A stretch of DNA of 62,559 bases, counting the filler, from Acidimicrobiia bacterium (GTDB taxonomy: Bacteria > Actinomycetota > Acidimicrobiia > Spongiisociales > SHLN01), in NCBI GenBank assembly GCA_041619515.1. It is 3 parts of 3 records of this genome, joined end to end, with 100 filler letters (N's around TTAATTAATTAA, not from the genome) between each part and the next. Parts side by side here need not be neighbours in the genome. Positions count along the whole stretch, not along the records: positions 21,263 to 42,285 come from JBFKDW010000054.1; positions 42,386 to 62,559 come from JBFKDW010000055.1; 1 more part is not named here. One strand, written 5' to 3'. Shown here piece after piece: positions 37,799-47,498 of the stretch. The stretch's first letter is position 1; the number at the start of each line of letters is the position of its first letter. The notes under the pieces were generated by a model that was not told where the DNA came from, made no database searches, and saw nothing but the letters and a program-made list of their open reading frames with translations. The position numbers were made by a program, and so were the translations under genes.

Positions 37799-38983
37799 AT
37801 GTCCAAGTCGGTCGCAGTGGTCGGTGCCGGTGTCTTCGGAGTGACCGCCGCCCTCGAGCTGGCCGGCCGCGGATGGAAGGTCCTTTTGATCGACCCGGGG
37901 CCGCTCCCCCACCCGTTGGCTGCTTCCACCGACATCAGCAAGATGATCCGGGCCGATTACGGGACCGACGAGCACTATGTCGACCTGATGGAAAAGGCAT
38001 TCCCGATCTGGCGGGAGTGGAATGGGCGCTGGGGTGTCGACCTCTACCACGAGACCGGCTTTCTGATCCTGGCCGCCGGTGGCATGGAAGCGGGCGGCTT
38101 CGAACAGGCCAGCTACGCGACGCTGGTGCGGAGGGGCTTTCCGTTGCAGGAGCTCGACGCCGCGGCCATCGCGGCTCGCTTTCCCGCCTGGACTCTTCCC
38201 CCCGGACGCCGCGGATACCTCAACCCGACGGCGGGGTGGGCCGAGAGCGGGGAAGTCATGGGTCGTCTCCTCGGTTGGGCGCGCACCGCCGGCGTCGACC
38301 TCGCGCCGGCAACAGTCACCGGCCTGCTGGCGGACGGATCCCGGGTGCTCGGTGTTGTGACCGGAGCCGGTGAGCGCATCGAGTGCGACCTGACCGTCGT
38401 CGCCGCCGGCGCCTGGACCGCCGGGCTGGTGCCCGGGCTCGACGGTCTCATCACCACCACAGGCCAGCCGGTCGTGCATTTCCGGCCCGACCGCCCGGAG
38501 CGCTTTCGTCCACCTGAGTTTCCGCCCTGGGCGGCCGACATCGGGAACACCGGCTGGTACGGGTTTCCGGCTCGAGATGACGGGATCGTCAAGGTCTCCA
38601 ACCACGGCCGCGGCCGGCGTCTCGGCCCCGACGAGCACCGCCAGGTCGATGCCGCCTGGGAGGGGATCTTCCGGGCGTTTCTATCCGAGTGGATTCCCTC
38701 GCTGGCGGGCGCACCCATCGTTGCCGACAGGCTGTGCCTCTACACCGACACCACCGACGGCGACTTCCTCATCGACCGCCACCCCGACCTCGAGAGGCTC
38801 GTCGTAGCCACCGGGGGGAGCGGGCACGGGTTCAAGTTCGCTCCCGTGCTCGGAACCCTGGTGGCCGACGCAGCCGAGGAACGGGACGGCCCCCTCGCCG
38901 GCCGGTTCCGCTGGCGCTCGAGCCCCACACCGCGGGTGGAGGCCGCCCGGGCGACGGGAGCCGGTCCCGGGGCCGCCATCTAG
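37799..38983 (+). CDS. FAD-dependent amine oxidase (sarcosine/pipecolate/fructosyl-amino-acid oxidase family)
   Basis: VGAGVFG, AASTDISKMIRADYG, RLCLYTDT, GGSGHGFKFAP. Confidence 0.88.
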   Translation: MSKSVAVVGAGVFGVTAALELAGRGWKVLLIDPGPLPHPLAASTDISKMIRADYGTDEHYVDLMEKAFPIWREWNGRWGVDLYHETGFLILAAGGMEAGGFEQASYATLVRRGFPLQELDAAAIAARFPAWTLPPGRRGYLNPTAGWAESGEVMGRLLGWARTAGVDLAPATVTGLLADGSRVLGVVTGAGERIECDLTVVAAGAWTAGLVPGLDGLITTTGQPVVHFRPDRPERFRPPEFPPWAADIGNTGWYGFPARDDGIVKVSNHGRGRRLGPDEHRQVDAAWEGIFRAFLSEWIPSLAGAPIVADRLCLYTDTTDGDFLIDRHPDLERLVVATGGSGHGFKFAPVLGTLVADAAEERDGPLAGRFRWRSSPTPRVEAARATGAGPGAAI

Positions 38984-38991
38984 GCTGCGAC

Positions 38992-39831
38992 ATGACCTTT
39001 TCGATCGTGGCCTGGGACCCCGATGCCCGGGAATGGGGTGTGGCGGTTGCCTCCAAGTTCCTGGCGGCTGGCTCTGTGGTGCCGTGGGCGCGGGCGGGCG
39101 CGGGCGCCGTCGCCACCCAGGCCTACGCCAACATCACCTACGGGCCCCGGGGGCTCGACTTGCTCGGCTCCGGGACCGCCGCAGAGGTCATCGCCCGGCT
39201 GACCGGGTCTGACGACGAGCGGGAGCATCGCCAGGTCGGGATAGTCGATCGGGATGGAGCGGCGGCCGCCTTCACCGGCTCCGAATGCTTCGAATGGGCA
39301 GGCAGCCACATCGGCGATGGCTTCACCTGCCAGGGCAACATCCTCACCGGGCCGGAAGTCGTCGAGGCGATGGCGGCCGCGTTCGAAGGCTCGGTCGGGA
39401 ACCTGGCCGGGCGGTTGGCGGCGGCGTTGCTGGCGGGCGATCGGTCTGGCGGGGATCGGCGGGGCAAGCAGTCGGCCGCCATGCTCATCGCCCGCGAAGG
39501 TGGCGGCTACCTCGGTGACTCGGACATCGCGGTCGATCTGCGGGTCGACGACCACCCCGATCCCGTCGTCGAGCTCAGCCGGCTGCTCGATATCCATCGG
39601 CTGCTGTTCCCCAACACGAACGAGCTCGAGTTCCTCGATATCGACGACGAGCTGGCGGGACGGCTGGCATCCGCCCTGACCGCCGCCGGGTTCAGCACGA
39701 CCTCGACCACATATGACGACGGCCTCAAGCAGGCGCTGTTCGCCTGGGTCGGAAACGAGAACCTCGAGATGCGCTGGTCCGACCAGGCCATGATCGAGAA
39801 GATGGTCTTGGAGCTTCTACTGGCGGACTAG
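38992..39831 (+). CDS. DUF1028 Ntn-hydrolase-like protein
   Basis: MTFSIVA, GVAVASKFLAAG, AVATQA, QGNIL, GGDRRGKQSAA, DLRVDDHPDP. Confidence 0.92.
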   Translation: MTFSIVAWDPDAREWGVAVASKFLAAGSVVPWARAGAGAVATQAYANITYGPRGLDLLGSGTAAEVIARLTGSDDEREHRQVGIVDRDGAAAAFTGSECFEWAGSHIGDGFTCQGNILTGPEVVEAMAAAFEGSVGNLAGRLAAALLAGDRSGGDRRGKQSAAMLIAREGGGYLGDSDIAVDLRVDDHPDPVVELSRLLDIHRLLFPNTNELEFLDIDDELAGRLASALTAAGFSTTSTTYDDGLKQALFAWVGNENLEMRWSDQAMIEKMVLELLLAD

Positions 39832-39957
39832 AACCAACCCGCGGCAGGACCGCGAGCCGCTGGTGGTGAGGTGCTGGCGGCTCCCGGCAGTACCGGTGTC
39901 TCCCGGATCGGCCAACGATCGTCGGTCGAAGCACTCCCCAGCCCGTACGATTGGCGC

Positions 39958-41277
39958 ATGAGCATGCGCAGCCTCCCCAGGCGCTACTGGCCGGCGGTCC
40001 GGACCAGCTGGTCCGAGCTCGGTCGGTGGGGACGGCTGGCCCTGGCCGGAATCGGCTTGTCGGTCATCATCTCGGTGGCACTCGGTTTCTCAATACCGAA
40101 TTCCGCCAAAGGTCATCTGCTCCACGGGCAGTCCGAGGTCTTCGCGACTGTGGCGGAGGACATACGCGCCTTGAGCCTCGTGACGAGAGCCGGGGAATCG
40201 GTTGCCATTGAGCCCGAATTCGAGGAAGCCGTGGCCCTGCGCTTGCTCGGTGGCGACACGATCCGAGTCAAATTGTGGTCCCTGGACGGTGTCATCGTCT
40301 ACTCGGATCATTCTGATCAGATCGGCCAGTCCTTCGCATTCAACGACCTCGCCATCCGCGCCACGAACGGCGACGTTTCCTTCGGAGTGGCCGACGCATC
40401 CGATCCGGCCCATGCCTTCGAAGAAGACCTCGGTGAGCTGATCGAGTTCTATGTACCGGTCGAAGACGCAGCAGGGGTGTTCGCGTTGTTCGAAGTGGAG
40501 CAACGGGTGGACACCTTGAACACCACTGTGAACCGTATCAAGAGGAACACCTGGATGAGCATCGGCCTCGGACTCGGTGTGCTCACCGTGTTCATGGCCA
40601 GCCTCACCGTCGCCAATGCGCACGTCCTTACCCGCCGCCGGCGGCTGGCCGAGACACTGTTCGCCGAGCTCGTCGAAGCCCAGGACGCCGAGCGCCGACG
40701 TATCGTCGGCTCGCTTCATGATGATGTCGGTCAACCCCTGTACCGATTGCTGTACGGCCTGCAGGGATCCCGGTCGCGATTGGATGACGACGATCCCGTT
40801 TCCGAGGAGCTCGACCGACTCGAGCAGCTCGTACGCGAGGTGGATGCGACACTCCGCAACGAGCTACGCGGACTGCACACCAGCCTGGCCGAAGATCTCG
40901 GGCTCGGGCCGGCCCTCGAAGCCTTGGCAGAGATGACCCGTGACGAGACCACACTCGACCTGTCACTCGACGTGCAGACGAACAAGGAGCTCGGGGTCGT
41001 ACCCCGGGCCGCATTGTTCCAAGCCGCCAAGGAAGGGGTCACGAACGTCCGCAAGCATGCCGGCGCCGCCCATGTTTGGGTCCGACTCCTGTCGGAGGCG
41101 GGACGCGTGGTTCTCGAGGTGGAGGACGACGGGATCGGGCCGAACGGCGAGCGGGGCCTCGGCCTCACGACGATGAAGGATCGTCTGGAGGCAATCGGGG
41201 GCGGTCTGACCATCGACCGGAGATCCGGGACCGGCACTCGAATGCGAGCGTGGGTTCCCACCGGTGGTGAGCGGTGA
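39958..41277 (+). CDS. Sensor histidine kinase (HisKA_3)
   Basis: Two TMs, ERRRIVGSLHDDVGQ, EGVTNVRKHA, VEDDGIG, GLGL. Confidence 0.93.
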   Translation: MSMRSLPRRYWPAVRTSWSELGRWGRLALAGIGLSVIISVALGFSIPNSAKGHLLHGQSEVFATVAEDIRALSLVTRAGESVAIEPEFEEAVALRLLGGDTIRVKLWSLDGVIVYSDHSDQIGQSFAFNDLAIRATNGDVSFGVADASDPAHAFEEDLGELIEFYVPVEDAAGVFALFEVEQRVDTLNTTVNRIKRNTWMSIGLGLGVLTVFMASLTVANAHVLTRRRRLAETLFAELVEAQDAERRRIVGSLHDDVGQPLYRLLYGLQGSRSRLDDDDPVSEELDRLEQLVREVDATLRNELRGLHTSLAEDLGLGPALEALAEMTRDETTLDLSLDVQTNKELGVVPRAALFQAAKEGVTNVRKHAGAAHVWVRLLSEAGRVVLEVEDDGIGPNGERGLGLTTMKDRLEAIGGGLTIDRRSGTGTRMRAWVPTGGER

Positions 41278-41897
41278 GGGTCATCTTGACCGACGATCAC
41301 AAGGTGGTGCGGGATGGGCTGCGCTGGATGTTGAGCGGCGAGGAGGATGTCGAAATCGTTGGAGAGGCGGAGAGCGGTGAGATGCTGATCGACCTGCTCG
41401 CGTCGACTCAGGCCGACGTCGTCTTGCTGGACGTCCGGATGCCCGGCATGGGGGGCCTCGATGCGCTCGCGGTCATCACGGCACAGAATCCCGACGTCAG
41501 CGTGATCGTGCTGTCGATGCACGACGAGCCGGCCTACGTTCGCAGAGCGATCGAGTCGGGGGCGGCGGGATATCTGCTCAAGAACGCCAACCGAGCCGAG
41601 ATTCTCGAGGCGCTTCGCTCCGTGCACGCCGGCCGTGCCTACGTCCAGGCTCAACTCACGGGGACGCTCCTGAACACGATTTCGGGGCGGGAGCGCGTCG
41701 CCTCGACCCTCAGCCCACGCGAGCTCGAGGTGCTCTCGCTGGTCTCACAGGGTTTCGAAAACAAGCAGATAGCCACCGAGCTCGGCATCTCCGAGGCCAC
41801 GGTGAAGACCCATCTCCAGGGCGTCTTTGTCCGGCTGGAGGCCTCGAGCCGGGCCGAAGCGGTCGCCATCGGCCTCCGTCTCGGCATCATCGAGTAG
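41274..41897 (+). CDS. NarL/LuxR-family response regulator
   Basis: TDDH, LLDVRMP, LSPRELEVL, NKQIA..L.ISEATVKTH. Confidence 0.96.
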   Translation: MRVILTDDHKVVRDGLRWMLSGEEDVEIVGEAESGEMLIDLLASTQADVVLLDVRMPGMGGLDALAVITAQNPDVSVIVLSMHDEPAYVRRAIESGAAGYLLKNANRAEILEALRSVHAGRAYVQAQLTGTLLNTISGRERVASTLSPRELEVLSLVSQGFENKQIATELGISEATVKTHLQGVFVRLEASSRAEAVAIGLRLGIIE

Positions 41898-41917
41898 GAC
41901 CTAGGTCACAAGTGGGG

Positions 41918-41933
41918 TCACCCATATGGGTGA
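41918..41933. promoter_or_regulatory. Perfect 7-2-7 palindrome, candidate NarL-type operator
   Basis: TCACCCA-TA-TGGGTGA between the regulator and the lipoprotein gene. Confidence 0.6.
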
Positions 41934-42010
41934 TGGCGCCTGGCCTGACGAGGGACTCCACCGGGCCCGACTTCGGCCGTATTTTGTAACAAGACTCAAA
42001 GGAATGAGCG

Positions 42011-42285
42011 ATGCGCAAAAAGCTTGGAATCCTGATAGTGGTGTCGATGATTGCCGCCGCCTGCGGCGCGGAAACCTCGAATGACGCCGCTGCACCACCC
42101 ACCACCGAGGCCGCCGACGACCACCACGACGGCACCGACGTCGCCGAACACCCCCACGACGACACAACAGCCGCCGACGACCACCACGACGGCACCGACG
42201 TCGCCGAACACCCCCACGACGACACAACAGCCGCCGACGACCACCACGACGGCACCGACGTCGCCGAACACCCCCACGACGGAGA
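42011..42285 (+). CDS. His/Asp-rich lipoprotein (3' truncated by contig end), probable metal binder
   Basis: Lipobox AAAC; repeats AADDHHDGTDVAEHPHDDTT. Confidence 0.8.
42110..42281 (+). repeat. 60-bp in-frame tandem repeat, ~2.9 copies, ending at contig break
   Basis: Units at 42110, 42170 and 42230. Confidence 0.95.
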
Positions 42286-42385
42286 NNNNNNNNNNNNNNN
42301 NNNNNNNNNNNNNNNNNNNNNNNNNNNNNTTAATTAATTAANNNNNNNNNNNNNNNNNNNNNNNNNNNNNNNNNNNNNNNNNNNN
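42286..42385. other. Artificial contig linker
   Basis: N44-TTAATTAATTAA-N44. Confidence 0.98.
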
Positions 42386-42529
42386 ACGTCGGTGGATGTG
42401 ACGGCGACTGCTGATACTGGTTCGACGTTTGCGAGTTGGTCGGGGTGTGACTCGGTGGTGGGGGCGGTGTGCACGGTGTCGATGTCGTCGGCTAAGTCGG
42501 TGACGGCGACCTTCACGTTGGATGGCTGA
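42386..42529 (+). CDS. C-terminal fragment of a surface protein with an InlB B-repeat-like domain
   Basis: TSVDVTATADTGSTFASWSGCDSVVGAVCTVSMSSAKSVTATFTLDG*; not in the ORF track. Confidence 0.8.
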   Translation, partial: TSVDVTATADTGSTFASWSGCDSVVGAVCTVSMSSAKSVTATFTLDG

Positions 42530-42637
42530 CCCCGGGCCCAAAAACACGCAGAGTGTGTCAAGGCCACTCTCAGTACGAATCTGAAACATGACGTACACTG
42601 CTCAGAGGGGAACGTGTCGGCCGAAAGGACCTGATTC

Positions 42638-43900
42638 ATGGGTGTGATGCGCAGACTCGCTCATAAGCGGGGCGATGACGAGCTTCGGGTGGCGCTCGTC
42701 GGCGCCGGTTTCGTGGGTCGAAACCTGACCTATCAGATCAACTTCACTCCCGGGATGCGCACCGCCCTCATCGTCAACCGGACTGCCGCGAACGCAATCG
42801 ACGCCTACCGCAGGGCCGGCTTCTCCGTCGAGGACGTCGTGGTCAGCGACGATCCGAAAGTGTTGTCGTCGGCTATCCACGCCGGGAAGCCGGCAGTGAC
42901 CACCTCGGTCGAGGTGATGTGCGGGCTCGACGAGATCGAGATCGTCATGGAATGCACCGGCTCTGCGGAGTTCGGAGCCTACGCCACCCGCACCGCCCTC
43001 GAATCCGGCCTCGACGTCGTCACGATGAACGCCGAAGCCGACGCAACAGTGGGATACCTCCTCAAGACGATCGCCGACAAGAACGACGTCGTGTACACGC
43101 TGGCCGACGGCGACCAGCCCGGCGTCCTCGCCCGGCTCATAGAGTTCGTCGCCAGCTCTGGGTTCGAGATCGTGTCGGCGGTGAACTGCAAGGGGTTCAT
43201 GGACACTCATGCGACACCACAGAGCATCAAAGAGTGGTCGGTTCGCCAGGGCACGAGCCTGCCGATGACGACCTCGTTCACGGACGGCACCAAGATGAAC
43301 ATCGAACAGGCCAACGTTGCTAATGCGTTCGGTCTCCACCCCGAGGTACGGGGCATGCACGGCATTGCCAGCACGCTCGCAACCGTCACCGACGACATCG
43401 TGGCGGCGCTCGACGGCAGGCAAACCGTCGAATACACCATCGGAGGCGACTTCGCAGGGGGAGTGCTCGTGGTCGGGCACGCCGACGATCCCGATCTCGT
43501 GCAGCCGGCCCTGCGATTCCTCAAGATGGGCGAAGGGCCCTTCTACACGTTCTACCGCCCGTATCACCTGGTGCACATCGAGGCCCCGGTATCGATTGCC
43601 GAGGCGTACCTGGATCGGGAGCCAACCATCGTTCCGGCCGGACCGTTTGTCACCGACGTGGTTGCCATCGCCAAGAAGGACCTTCTCCCCGGGGATCGAC
43701 TCGACGGCATCGGCGGGTGGACGACGTACGGCGAGGTGGACACGGTGGAGAACGCTGCCGGCTTTCTGCCTGTCGGTCTCACCGAGCACGCCAGGATCAT
43801 CAAGCCGGTCAGGATGGACGAGCCGATTGCGCTCGACGATGTCGAGCTCGATGAGGACATTCCCATCGTCAAGGATCGTTTCGAGCAAGACGCCCTTTAG
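42638..43900 (+). CDS. NAD(P)-dependent oxidoreductase, homoserine-dehydrogenase-like with C-terminal SAF domain (COG4091)
   Basis: VGAGFVG, MNAEADATVG, DGDQPG, SFTDGTKMNIEQ, RPYHL, AKKDL.PG..LDGIGG. Confidence 0.88.
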   Translation: MGVMRRLAHKRGDDELRVALVGAGFVGRNLTYQINFTPGMRTALIVNRTAANAIDAYRRAGFSVEDVVVSDDPKVLSSAIHAGKPAVTTSVEVMCGLDEIEIVMECTGSAEFGAYATRTALESGLDVVTMNAEADATVGYLLKTIADKNDVVYTLADGDQPGVLARLIEFVASSGFEIVSAVNCKGFMDTHATPQSIKEWSVRQGTSLPMTTSFTDGTKMNIEQANVANAFGLHPEVRGMHGIASTLATVTDDIVAALDGRQTVEYTIGGDFAGGVLVVGHADDPDLVQPALRFLKMGEGPFYTFYRPYHLVHIEAPVSIAEAYLDREPTIVPAGPFVTDVVAIAKKDLLPGDRLDGIGGWTTYGEVDTVENAAGFLPVGLTEHARIIKPVRMDEPIALDDVELDEDIPIVKDRFEQDAL

Positions 43901-43922
43901 GGCACAGCTCCCGGGCTCTGCC

Positions 43923-45683
43923 CTACCAGAAGAGGGGCTCGAGCACGACGGTGGCGACGATCACGATCGCTGTGAGAGGAGCTCCCAGCCTGGCGTAGTC
44001 GAAGAAGCGATAGCCGCCCGGCCCGTACACCATCGTGTTGGTCTGATAGCCGATCGGGGAGAGGAAGCTGGCGCTGGCGGCCACTGCAATGGCGATCGCG
44101 AAACCGCGTGGGTCCTGCCCGATGTCGATGGCAGCCGCCACCGAGATCGGATACATCACCGCAGCTGCCGCCGCATTCGACACGAGCTCGGTCATGACGA
44201 CCGTGGCCAGCATGAGCGCTGCCAGCGTCCCGTAGACCCCCCAGCCTCCGAAGCCCGAAACCAGCAGGCCGGCCGTCTCCGCCGCGAGGCCGGAGGATGC
44301 CGCAGCGGTGCCCAACCCGAGAGCGGCTGCGATCAGCAGCACGACGTCGAGATCGACGGATCGTCTCGCCTCACCGGGCGTGAGCACACCTCCCAGCACC
44401 AGCACGAACGCACCAAGGAGGGAGGCCTCGAGCAAGCTGAGCCACCCCATCGAAGCCGTCACGATGATGCCGGCGAGCACTGCGCCCACCGCAAGCGCTT
44501 TGCGGCTTCCCACCGGGGTGGCGGCATCGAGGGGTGATACGAGAAGGAAATCGCTCCGGTCATACCATCGGGCACGAAAGCCCGAGTCGGTCAGCAGCAG
44601 CAGCGTGTCACCGATTCGGATCCGAGTTTCTCCCAGTTTGCCCTCCACCCTGGCGCCGGCGCGGTGGATAGCCACGACGGCCGCCTGGTAGCGGCTGCGG
44701 AACTCGGCCTCCCGCAACGTCTTGCCGACGAGAGGCGAGGAGGCGCCGACCACCGCCTCGAAGAAGGCAGCCCGTTCGGTGTCGAACGTGAGGTGCTCCT
44801 GCTCCGCCGAGGCGAGACCCCGGGTCGACTGAAGATCGACGACGTTGTCGGCCCGCCCCACGAAGCGCAGGCGGTCACCGCCCCGCAGCACCAGGGTGGG
44901 GCCGACCGGCCCGATCAGGTCTTGTCCGCGCCGAACCTGCACCAGGAAGACGCCGGCCAAATGACGCAGGCCACCCGCTTCCACCGTCACCCCGTCGACC
45001 GGTCCATTGGCGACGACCTCCATGTCCACGACGAACTCACGGACGTTGTCCTCCAGGTCGCCGCGGGCTGGGGTCCGGTCCCGCAAGAGGCGCGGCGCCA
45101 GCAGGATGAGGGTGGCCACACCGAGGGCCGCTACCGGCAGCCCGATCTTGCTGATCTCAAAGACACCGATCGGCTCACTTCCGTCGGCCTCCAGCAGGCC
45201 GGATACGAGCAGGTTGGTCGAGGTGCCAAGCACGGTGATGAGCCCGCCCAGGATGGCCGCGAACGAGAGAGGCATGAGGAAGGCGGCCGGCGAGCGGCCC
45301 CGGCGGGCAGCCCAGGCACTCACCTGGGGAACGAGCACGGCGACGACCGGAGTGTTGTTCAGTACGGCCGAGGAACCTGCCACCGGCACGAGCAGCCGCC
45401 CCAGCGTCCGCCGGGCACGTCCGTCTTCCTGCAGCATCGACGACACCAAAGGTTGGAGCGCGCCGGTCTTCTCGACCGCCCGGGCCACGACGAACAGGGC
45501 GGCGACCGTGATTGGGGCCGGATTTGAGAACCCGGACAACGCCTGTTCGGCGTCGATCACGCCGGCGACCAGCAGGACGACGACGGCTCCGAGCAGGGTG
45601 GGGGCGGGGGCGAGCAGATCCCACGCCAGCACGATCACCGCTGCTGCGATGATCGCAAGCGTCAGCCAGGCGTCCCAGCCCAT
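43923..45683 (-). CDS. SLC13-family permease with TrkA-C domains (probable sulfate transporter)
   Basis: GFSNPA, LNNTPVVA, GTSTNL, SNAAAA, SPIGYQTNTMVYGPGGY; follows sat-cysC. Confidence 0.9.
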   Translation of the reverse strand: MGWDAWLTLAIIAAAVIVLAWDLLAPAPTLLGAVVVLLVAGVIDAEQALSGFSNPAPITVAALFVVARAVEKTGALQPLVSSMLQEDGRARRTLGRLLVPVAGSSAVLNNTPVVAVLVPQVSAWAARRGRSPAAFLMPLSFAAILGGLITVLGTSTNLLVSGLLEADGSEPIGVFEISKIGLPVAALGVATLILLAPRLLRDRTPARGDLEDNVREFVVDMEVVANGPVDGVTVEAGGLRHLAGVFLVQVRRGQDLIGPVGPTLVLRGGDRLRFVGRADNVVDLQSTRGLASAEQEHLTFDTERAAFFEAVVGASSPLVGKTLREAEFRSRYQAAVVAIHRAGARVEGKLGETRIRIGDTLLLLTDSGFRARWYDRSDFLLVSPLDAATPVGSRKALAVGAVLAGIIVTASMGWLSLLEASLLGAFVLVLGGVLTPGEARRSVDLDVVLLIAAALGLGTAAASSGLAAETAGLLVSGFGGWGVYGTLAALMLATVVMTELVSNAAAAAVMYPISVAAAIDIGQDPRGFAIAIAVAASASFLSPIGYQTNTMVYGPGGYRFFDYARLGAPLTAIVIVATVVLEPLFW

Positions 45684-45693
45684 GTTGCTCCGC

Positions 45694-47421
45694 TCAGTCT
45701 GCTTCCGGCCCGATGAACCCCTGAGCCTCCAGATGCAGGATGATCTGCTGGGCTGCTTCCGAAGGCCGAAGGTCGGTTGTGTCGATGACGATGTCGGCGT
45801 CCGCCGGTTCCTCGTACGGGTCGGAGATGCCGGTGAACTCCTTGATCTCGCCTGCCCTGGCCTTGGCGTACAGGCCTTTGCGATCCCGTTGTTCGCACAC
45901 CTCCAGCGGGGTTGCCACATGCACGAGGTCAAACCCGCCCACCGGCTCGATCATGGAGCGGACGAGCTGGCGGGTGTGATCGTATGGAGCGATCGGCGCA
46001 CAGAGCGCAATCCCGCCGTTCTTGGTGATCTCCGAAGCTACCCAGCCGATGCGCTGGATGTTGATGTCCCGGTGCTCTTTGGAAAAGCCGAGCTCCGATG
46101 ACAAGTGCTTGCGCACCAGGTCTCCGTCCAAGAGGGTGACAGGGCGCCCGCCCATCTCGAGGAGCTTCACCATGAGGGCATTGGCGATGGTCGACTTGCC
46201 TGACCCCGACAAGCCGGTGAAGAACACAGTGAACCCCTGCTTGTGGCGGGGCCGATGGGTCTTTCGGAGCTCGGTGACGACATCGGGGAAGGAGAACCAC
46301 TCGGGGATGTCGCGGCCATCGGCCAGGCGGTCCCGGAGCTCTGTGCCCGAAATCGTCAGCGTCTGCTTGCCTTCGGGCACATCGTCGATCGGGTGGTAGG
46401 CATCATCTTCGGGGAGATACACCATCATCCGGAATGGGACCATCTCGACCCCGATCTCGGCCTCGTGTTTTTGCAGCAGCTCCTGGGCTTCATACGGCCC
46501 GTAGAACGGCGTTCCGGCTGCGTCCTCGCCGGGTCCGGCATGGTCACGCCCGACAATGAGATGCGTCACACCGTAGTTCTTGCGAATGATGGCGTGCCAC
46601 ACCGCCTCACGGGGCCCTCCCATTCGCATCGCAAGCGGGAGCAGGGCCATCTTGGCGGTCGACGCCGGGTAATGGTGGAGGATGGCCTGATAGCAGCGCA
46701 CTCGCGTGTAGTGGTCGATGTCACCGGGCTTGGTGAGACCGACCACGGGATGAATCAGCAGGTTTGCCTCGACGTCCTTGGCCGCTCGCAACGTGATTTC
46801 CTGGTGAGCCCTGTGCATCGGGTTGCGAGTTTGGAAGGCGACGATCCGGCGCCAGCCGGCACGGGTGAAGTCGTCACGCAACTGCGCCGGTGTGCGCCGG
46901 AGAGACCGGAAGTCGTAGTGGACCGGCAGCTGCAACCCCTCGAGGCGTCCGCCAACGTAATAGGGGTGGGCTGCCCGCAGGAGGTGGGCTACGCCGGGGT
47001 GGCCGGGGTCGGTGGTGCCGAACACGGCGGCGGCCTCCGCCGACAGGTCGGGCTGCCACACATTCTCGACATGGAGCACTGCAATCAGCACGCCCTCCGG
47101 GTCGCGCAGCTCCAGCTCGCCACCGATGTCGAGGCCTTTTGCCACCTCTTCGGTCACGTCGAGTGTGATCGGCATCGGCCACACGGTGCCGTCGGCGAGG
47201 CGCATGTCGGCTTTGACGGCCTCGTAGTCGGCGCCGGTCATGAAGCCGGTCAAAGGTGAGAAGCCGCCGTTCAACAGGAGCTCGATGTCGTTGAGCTGGC
47301 GCGGCGTCAGGCTCCACTCGGGCAGGCCCCGCCCCGGCAGCATCAACTCGGCTGCACGCTCGTCAGAAACCAGCAGGTCGACAAGGGCTCCGCCGTGCGG
47401 CGCGATGAGGTTATCGGACAT
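45694..47421 (-). CDS. sat: Bifunctional sulfate adenylyltransferase / adenylylsulfate kinase
   Basis: AFQTRNPMHRAH, IVGRDHAGPG; kinase P-loop TGLSGSGKST, LDGD, RDRKGLYAKAR. Confidence 0.96.
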   Translation of the reverse strand: MSDNLIAPHGGALVDLLVSDERAAELMLPGRGLPEWSLTPRQLNDIELLLNGGFSPLTGFMTGADYEAVKADMRLADGTVWPMPITLDVTEEVAKGLDIGGELELRDPEGVLIAVLHVENVWQPDLSAEAAAVFGTTDPGHPGVAHLLRAAHPYYVGGRLEGLQLPVHYDFRSLRRTPAQLRDDFTRAGWRRIVAFQTRNPMHRAHQEITLRAAKDVEANLLIHPVVGLTKPGDIDHYTRVRCYQAILHHYPASTAKMALLPLAMRMGGPREAVWHAIIRKNYGVTHLIVGRDHAGPGEDAAGTPFYGPYEAQELLQKHEAEIGVEMVPFRMMVYLPEDDAYHPIDDVPEGKQTLTISGTELRDRLADGRDIPEWFSFPDVVTELRKTHRPRHKQGFTVFFTGLSGSGKSTIANALMVKLLEMGGRPVTLLDGDLVRKHLSSELGFSKEHRDINIQRIGWVASEITKNGGIALCAPIAPYDHTRQLVRSMIEPVGGFDLVHVATPLEVCEQRDRKGLYAKARAGEIKEFTGISDPYEEPADADIVIDTTDLRPSEAAQQIILHLEAQGFIGPEAD

Positions 47422-47498
47422 CAGTCAACTACTCCGTCTTTCGGGATTCAGTGCATCAGCGTAGGCCATTCTGCGCCCGGCGCCGTACCGTCCGGCTC

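Noticed and set aside
42110..42281. 60-bp repeats as CRISPR
   Set aside because: Head-to-tail identical units inside a lipoprotein ORF with no unique spacers
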